Source: Bacteroidota bacterium (GTDB lineage Bacteria > Bacteroidota > Bacteroidia > AKYH767-A > 2013-40CM-41-45). From it: a stretch of 64,000 nt of DNA. The position numbers were made by a program, and so were the translations under genes. Each line of letters begins with the position of its first letter. The stretch's first letter is position 1. Positions 58,951-64,000 of the stretch are shown here, piece after piece. The DNA lies in the NCBI GenBank assembly GCA_016721305.1, contig JADKIH010000016.1:11037-75036 (forward strand), in the 5' to 3' direction. The notes beneath the pieces were generated by a model that saw nothing but the letters and a program-made list of their open reading frames with translations, was not told the DNA's origin and ran no database searches.

Positions 58951-60078
58951 GTGAAAAAAACTACGTTGCTCTTTATTTTCGGAACGCGTCCGGAAGCAAT
59001 TAAACTCGCTCCGCTGATCAAAGAATTTCAGCGCAGATCTCAGTTTGATACGAAAGTCTGTGTAACCGGACAACACCGTCAGATGCTCGATCAGGTGCTC
59101 TCGTTTTTTGAGATCAAACCTGATTATGATCTGGATATCATGCAAGCCGATCAAACGCTTTTTGACGTAACGGCTAATGGTCTCAAAAAACTGGAAAAGG
59201 TTTTTGATGATTGTAAACCTGAATGTGTCTTTGTTCAAGGCGATACGACAACATCATTTATCGGTGCACTTGCTGCCTATTACAAAAAAGTAAAGATTGC
59301 TCACATCGAAGCCGGTCTTCGATCGCACAATAAATACTCTCCGTTTCCTGAAGAAGTAAATAGAAAACTTGCCGGTCATATGGCCGACTTTCATTTTGCT
59401 CCGACTGAGCAGGCTGTTCAACATCTTGCATTGGAGAATATCCGCTCTCACGTTTACAATGTAGGAAATACCGTAATCGACGCACTCTTTCTGGGTCTTG
59501 AGCAAAACAAGAAGAAAGGGCATACGAAAAACAATTACGACTTCCTCAAAAATAATCATCGCATGGTGCTCATCACCGGTCACCGGCGTGAGAGTTTCGG
59601 AAAACCATTCGAAGATATCTGCGAAGCGATTCGTACGTTATCTCTCCGCTATGCCGATGTTGAATTTGTTTATCCCGTGCACTTGAATCCAAATGTTCGT
59701 GAGCCGGTTAATCGTTTGCTCAGCGATTTGTCGAACGTTCATCTCATCGAACCGCTCGAATATCCTGAGTTCATCGAGATGATTGAAAAATCTACCATCG
59801 TTCTTACCGATTCAGGCGGCTTACAGGAAGAAGCGCCTTCGCTCGGAAAACCTGTTCTGGTGATGCGCGAAGTTACTGAGCGAATGGAAGGAGTAGAGGC
59901 AGGAACGGCTAAGCTTGTCGGTACCGATAAGAATCTGATCGTTTCCGAAATGAGTAAATTATTAGACGATAAAATGGCGTATGATAAAATGGCGAAAGCC
60001 GTGAACCCATACGGCGACGGAAGCACGTGTGCGAAGATTGCAGATGTGATTTCGACTATATATTCAAATACCAAATAG
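58951..60078 (+). CDS. wecB: UDP-N-acetylglucosamine 2-epimerase (non-hydrolysing)
   Basis: FGTRPEAIKLAPL, VQGDTTTSF, HIEAGLRS and TDSGGLQEEAPSLGKPVLV. GTG start. Confidence 0.9.
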   Translation: MKKTTLLFIFGTRPEAIKLAPLIKEFQRRSQFDTKVCVTGQHRQMLDQVLSFFEIKPDYDLDIMQADQTLFDVTANGLKKLEKVFDDCKPECVFVQGDTTTSFIGALAAYYKKVKIAHIEAGLRSHNKYSPFPEEVNRKLAGHMADFHFAPTEQAVQHLALENIRSHVYNVGNTVIDALFLGLEQNKKKGHTKNNYDFLKNNHRMVLITGHRRESFGKPFEDICEAIRTLSLRYADVEFVYPVHLNPNVREPVNRLLSDLSNVHLIEPLEYPEFIEMIEKSTIVLTDSGGLQEEAPSLGKPVLVMREVTERMEGVEAGTAKLVGTDKNLIVSEMSKLLDDKMAYDKMAKAVNPYGDGSTCAKIADVISTIYSNTK

Positions 60079-60079
60079 A

Positions 60080-61285
60080 ATGCAAGTAACTATCATGGGA
60101 CTCGGCTACATCGGATTACCGACAGCCGCACTGATTGCCAGCAAAGGCATCACCGTCCAGGGAGTCGATGTAAACAAACAAATCGTTGAAACGATCAACA
60201 AAGGGAAAATCCATATTGTTGAACCGGATCTCGACGGACTGGTACACTATGCCGTTCACAAAAAATTACTCACGGCTTCATCAACGGTGAAGCCATCCGA
60301 TGTGTTCCTCATTGCCGTTCCGACGCCTTTTCAAAAAGATCACCAGCCTGATTTGTCATTCGTAGAGAAAGCGACAAAGATGGTAATTCCTCACTTGAAA
60401 TCAGGAAACTTATTCATCATCGAATCTACAAGTCCGGTAGGAACAACGGAGAAAATGGCTAAGCTCATTTTCAAAGAACGTCCGGAGTTGAAAGATAAAA
60501 TCTGGATCGCCTACTGCCCTGAGCGTGTATTGCCGGGCAGCGTGATTTACGAGTTGCAGCAAAATGATCGCGTCATCGGCGGTATCGATGAGCCTTCCAC
60601 CGAAGCTGCTGTGAAATTCTATGGCAGATTCGTGAAAGGAAACTTACATAAAACGAATTCACGTACGGCTGAAATGTGTAAGCTTGTCGAAAATGCTTCA
60701 CGCGACGTGAATATTGCTTTTGCCAACGAACTCTCTATGATCTGCGACAAAGCCGGCATCAATGTGAACGAACTGATCGATCTTGCCTGCAAGCATCCGC
60801 GTGTTCGTATTCTTAAACCCGGACCGGGAGTAGGCGGACATTGCATAGCCGTTGATCCTTGGTTCATCGTTTCTGAATTTCCGAAGGAAGCTAAGATTAT
60901 CAAACAAGCGCGTTTGATCAATAATTATAAGACGGAATGGGTGAAGTTGAAAATTACCGAAGCGATAAAGAAATTTACTAAGTCGAACGGACGTGCACCG
61001 AAAGTCGGATGCTTTGGTTTGGCTTACAAGGCCGATATCGATGATTTGCGCGAATCTCCTTCACTCGAAATTTATCATGCTCTTGAGAAAGATGGTCATA
61101 ATGTGATGGCTGTTGAGCCGAATATTCGCAAACATGCCGAGCTTGAGATCACGGATACAATTCGTGCCGTCATGGAGGCCGATATTTTGGTGTTCCTCGT
61201 AGGACATAAAGAATTTAATTCCATCGTAATTCCGGCAAGTAAAATTGTTTTGGATTTTTGTGGCGCTCAAACAAAGCGTGCGTGA
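60080..61285 (+). CDS. wecC: UDP-N-acetyl-D-mannosamine dehydrogenase
   Basis: Rossmann motif IMGLGYIGLP, PERV.PG and catalytic Cys motif GVGGHCIAVDPWF. It lies immediately after wecB. Confidence 0.8.
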   Translation: MQVTIMGLGYIGLPTAALIASKGITVQGVDVNKQIVETINKGKIHIVEPDLDGLVHYAVHKKLLTASSTVKPSDVFLIAVPTPFQKDHQPDLSFVEKATKMVIPHLKSGNLFIIESTSPVGTTEKMAKLIFKERPELKDKIWIAYCPERVLPGSVIYELQQNDRVIGGIDEPSTEAAVKFYGRFVKGNLHKTNSRTAEMCKLVENASRDVNIAFANELSMICDKAGINVNELIDLACKHPRVRILKPGPGVGGHCIAVDPWFIVSEFPKEAKIIKQARLINNYKTEWVKLKITEAIKKFTKSNGRAPKVGCFGLAYKADIDDLRESPSLEIYHALEKDGHNVMAVEPNIRKHAELEITDTIRAVMEADILVFLVGHKEFNSIVIPASKIVLDFCGAQTKRA

Positions 61286-61304
61286 TCAATTAATTTAGGA
61301 CGGG

Positions 61305-62612
61305 ATGTCGGGAGAATCATTTGTAAAAGAAGTTAAGAAACTCGGAGGACTGGATAAGAGTGTTATGCAAACACTCTTGTTTCGTTTATCCGGGCTTGGA
61401 CTTATTTTCCTTTTGCAAATTATGCTGGCCCGATTGATGGGTCCTAAAAGCTATGGTGATTATACTGTCATCATCACAGCAGTCAATTTGCTTCTCGTAG
61501 TAAGTATGTTCGGGCTCGATTCAGCGATTCTGCGCTTTCTCCCTTCTTCCCTCGAAAAGGGTGATACCGGCGGGGCGTTGGGCTTTGTCAGATTTGGAAA
61601 ACGAATGATCAGTGTACTGGTCATCGTTTGTTGTGTCGGGATATTTATTTTCCTCCTCGCTAAAGCAAAACGATTCAGCAGCGATTTTTCCGAAGGATTA
61701 CTTTGGGCAATACCGCTTCTGCCATTTCTTGCGTTTACAAATTTCTCCGCAGCAATTTTGAGAGCGTTGCGAATGATTAAAACGTCGATGATGCCGGCGT
61801 ACTTTTTGTTTCCGATTATGATGGCTGCGTTCTCCTGGATTTATTTCAATGCAGAGAACCGTCTCACGGCCGATGCTGCGATGGTTTTGAATCTTGGTTG
61901 CTCTGTTGCCATCTTTCTCTACACGAGTCGAAAAGCAAAAAAGACGCTTAACGAATATGTCGGTGAAACAGAGCCTGTCTTCTCAAGAAATGTTTGGTTC
62001 TCCGTTTCGTCTGTGTTATTTCTCACAACAGCGATGGATCTACTCCTGAAGCAATCCGACATTTTGATGGTCGGTTATTTTCTGAATAATACCAAAGCCG
62101 GAATTTATGCCGTTGCCGCAAAGTTGGCCACGCTCTCGTCACTCGGACTTGCCGTTGCTGATTATATCGTCATGCCACGGATTGCTGCATTGTTCGAAGC
62201 GCGTCAATTTGGAAAGTTACAGAAAATGGTACGCAGTGCGAGTTTTCAGATCCTATCGATCTCGCTGCCTGTAATGCTCATCTTAATCATCTTCGGAAAA
62301 TTTATTCTGGGTTTGTTCGGAACACCGTACAAGGTTTCATATATCCCTCTGGTTATTCTTCTCGTCGGACAATTAGTAAATGCAGCAACCGGAATGGTCG
62401 GTGGGTTGATGATGATGACAGGTCACCAAAGGAAATTTTTCGTATTCTATGCAGGTGCGATCTTACTTCAATTCGTTCTGAATATTTTGCTCATTCGCCC
62501 GCTTGGAATCAATGGCGCTGCTATCAGTACTACGGTGGCGATGATCTTTCTTAATGTCAGCGCATACTTTTTTGTCCGAAAAAATTTGCGGATCAAAGCC
62601 TCGATATTTTAG
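61305..62612 (+). CDS. wzx: Second polysaccharide flippase (Wzx, MOP superfamily)
   Basis: About 12 TM segments and a Wzx-like C-terminal region (INGAAISTTVAMIFLNV). Confidence 0.7.
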   Translation: MSGESFVKEVKKLGGLDKSVMQTLLFRLSGLGLIFLLQIMLARLMGPKSYGDYTVIITAVNLLLVVSMFGLDSAILRFLPSSLEKGDTGGALGFVRFGKRMISVLVIVCCVGIFIFLLAKAKRFSSDFSEGLLWAIPLLPFLAFTNFSAAILRALRMIKTSMMPAYFLFPIMMAAFSWIYFNAENRLTADAAMVLNLGCSVAIFLYTSRKAKKTLNEYVGETEPVFSRNVWFSVSSVLFLTTAMDLLLKQSDILMVGYFLNNTKAGIYAVAAKLATLSSLGLAVADYIVMPRIAALFEARQFGKLQKMVRSASFQILSISLPVMLILIIFGKFILGLFGTPYKVSYIPLVILLVGQLVNAATGMVGGLMMMTGHQRKFFVFYAGAILLQFVLNILLIRPLGINGAAISTTVAMIFLNVSAYFFVRKNLRIKASIF

Positions 62613-62671
62613 GTGTGCAAAGACGCGTCCTCTCAGGCTTTTTAGTACTTTCGTCTGCTTAACTGATTCGC

Positions 62672-63934
62672 GTGAACACGGCCGTTTTACCAGTAAATTC
62701 AGAGTATTCCGGACAAACATCTTCGTTGTTTGATCGTGTCCTCTTGTTTTTGCTGGTTTTCTCCATCTATTTCGAAGCGAATCTTCCGAATATCTACGGA
62801 GCAAGTACACCATTCCTGCTCTTCGGATTTACTTTTGCTTATCTGGCCGTAAAACGATTGAATACACTTGTCAGATTATTTTCAGGAAGATTCTTTATCG
62901 CTTGCCTCTCGTTTGCAGTTCTCTGCGTGTTTATGGAAACGCTGCACCCGTTTGCTTCCTACGATTTCATCTCCCGTTACATGAATATGGTGCTGGGAAT
63001 GTTCTGCATCATTGCTCTCTGTCGCGATCTTGCTGCCGTTGATATTGCACTGTTCACATTTATTCTCGCCAGTGCTTTTCAGGCATTCTTTATCATTACC
63101 GGCACAGCTCCATTGCTACGCCATGTTACGGCGGACAATTTTTCTGATGCTTCCCATGCACGACTGATGGCTTTTGAAGAGTTTTACCTTCGGGGTAATT
63201 TGAATGATATCTCATATTTCAGTTCCATCGGTGCTATTATTGGAATCATCTGGGCGTACTATGAGCAAGTGAAATGGAAGAAAATCGGATTGGTTGTTCT
63301 TACTATTCCATCCATCTTCGGCGTCTTTCTACCGGCTTCACGTACAGGTGCCGTTATATTCTTTACTTCCTTTCTGCTCTTTATGTATAAGTCGAAAATA
63401 AAGATTCGGAAATGGATTTTTGCACTGCCTGTTTTGCTCATCGGTCTCATCATGGCAATTCCTGATTTCGTGTGGGTGCGCCTTGGATCTTTAGTACGAC
63501 TTTCGGAATTGCAGGAAGAAGACTCACGAACAAAAGTGTATAAAGCTGTTTTGAAAAATATTGATCAGTATATTTTCACCGGAGTGGGTTCGGGAAATTA
63601 TTGGAATGGCTGGGCTGTGAATGCAGGAATTACTAATCGTTTCACAACGGATATGGCAATGGCTGCACATAATGCATTCTTCCAACTCTGGATCTACTGG
63701 GGATTGCCGGCACTGATCGGATTTATTTATCTGATGTATATGTTTTCGAAAATCCTCGATCGCAATATTGCCGGCGATCGCCGAAAGACTTCGATCTACA
63801 TTTTCATCATGATCATCCCAATGATTTTTGTGTTCTATCATTCATTCTACCATAAATCTTTTTCCATCGGATTGGGCCTCTTGCTCAGTATGCGATTCTG
63901 GAATTTGCAGGGAGAAAGAAAGCTGACTCTTTAA
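62672..63934 (+). CDS. Second O-antigen polymerase/ligase-family membrane protein
   Basis: Polytopic membrane protein with a Wzy_C-like loop (GVGSGNYWNGWAV...AHNAFFQLW). GTG start. Confidence 0.6.
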   Translation: MNTAVLPVNSEYSGQTSSLFDRVLLFLLVFSIYFEANLPNIYGASTPFLLFGFTFAYLAVKRLNTLVRLFSGRFFIACLSFAVLCVFMETLHPFASYDFISRYMNMVLGMFCIIALCRDLAAVDIALFTFILASAFQAFFIITGTAPLLRHVTADNFSDASHARLMAFEEFYLRGNLNDISYFSSIGAIIGIIWAYYEQVKWKKIGLVVLTIPSIFGVFLPASRTGAVIFFTSFLLFMYKSKIKIRKWIFALPVLLIGLIMAIPDFVWVRLGSLVRLSELQEEDSRTKVYKAVLKNIDQYIFTGVGSGNYWNGWAVNAGITNRFTTDMAMAAHNAFFQLWIYWGLPALIGFIYLMYMFSKILDRNIAGDRRKTSIYIFIMIIPMIFVFYHSFYHKSFSIGLGLLLSMRFWNLQGERKLTL

Positions 63935-63939
63935 AATAC

Positions 63940-64000
63940 ATGCCTGATAAATTACATATCGCTCTCGTAATCGGTTCCATGAGAACCGGTGGTGCAGAGC
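63940..64000 (+). CDS. Partial CDS, probable GT4 glycosyltransferase N-terminus
   Basis: MPDKLHIALVIGSMRTGGAE: the (G)GAE motif after a beta-strand is typical of GT4 N-termini. Only 20 codons are visible. Confidence 0.35.
   Translation, partial: MPDKLHIALVIGSMRTGGAE

Noticed and set aside
1-64000. Search by eye for tRNA (GGTTCGAATCC-type T-arm), rRNA, RNase P, SRP RNA and known riboswitch cores in all intergenic gaps
   Set aside because: I recognised nothing. This is a visual scan only. An Infernal or tRNAscan run would be needed to exclude them formally.

Overview
The window looks like a Bacteroidota chromosomal segment. Evidence is a ruvA-sprA-gcvH neighbourhood, the T9SS translocon gene sprA, and at least four complete or partial proteins ending in T9SS-type C-terminal sorting domains. 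I call about 55 protein-coding genes. I saw no rRNA, tRNA or CRISPR array by eye.

Layout:
- 1-13.2 kb: secreted beta-helix and adhesin genes, an RRM protein, a ParE-type toxin-antitoxin pair and ruvB. This stretch includes a protein of about 2050 aa with SprB repeats and a tailspike-like beta-helix.
- 13.3-17.7 kb: housekeeping genes (SPFH protein plus small RHH protein, queG, ubiX, a VanZ-like gene, gcvH).
- 17.9-28.6 kb: sprA, ruvA and maeB.
- 28.8-35.1 kb: an envelope cluster of CxxC thioredoxin-fold proteins (Omp28-like and TlpA) with beta-barrel proteins.
- 35.4-38.4 kb: a GT2 plus GT-C-like membrane glycosyltransferase pair.
- 38.6-53.6 kb: a same-strand run of deoC, an ALDH, an ALDH lacking its catalytic domain, cysC, cysD, cysN and cysQ, followed by Wzx, Wzy, a PAPS-type sulfotransferase, two glycosyltransferases, a FemAB/GNAT-like gene and a deacetylase. 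I read this as a candidate sulfated-polysaccharide locus.
- 53.8-55.9 kb: a convergent sqr-tusE/dsrC-dsrE sulfur module.
- 56.2-64 kb: a second Wzx/Wzy glycan locus (Wzi/RemB-like gene, wecA, wecB, wecC).

Two patterns cut across these modules. First, sprA, ruvA, maeB and one T9SS cargo gene each have a reading-frame break, and two more breaks are possible. The three breaks in conserved genes map to A/T homopolymers, so they are either assembly indels or slip-strand variation. Second, a family of short tandem motifs (GATTAGCT octamers, GTAAGTR heptamers) and GC-rich palindromic units forms large inverted-repeat structures in intergenic spacers.

All family names are recognised from motifs read in the translations. 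No database search was run.
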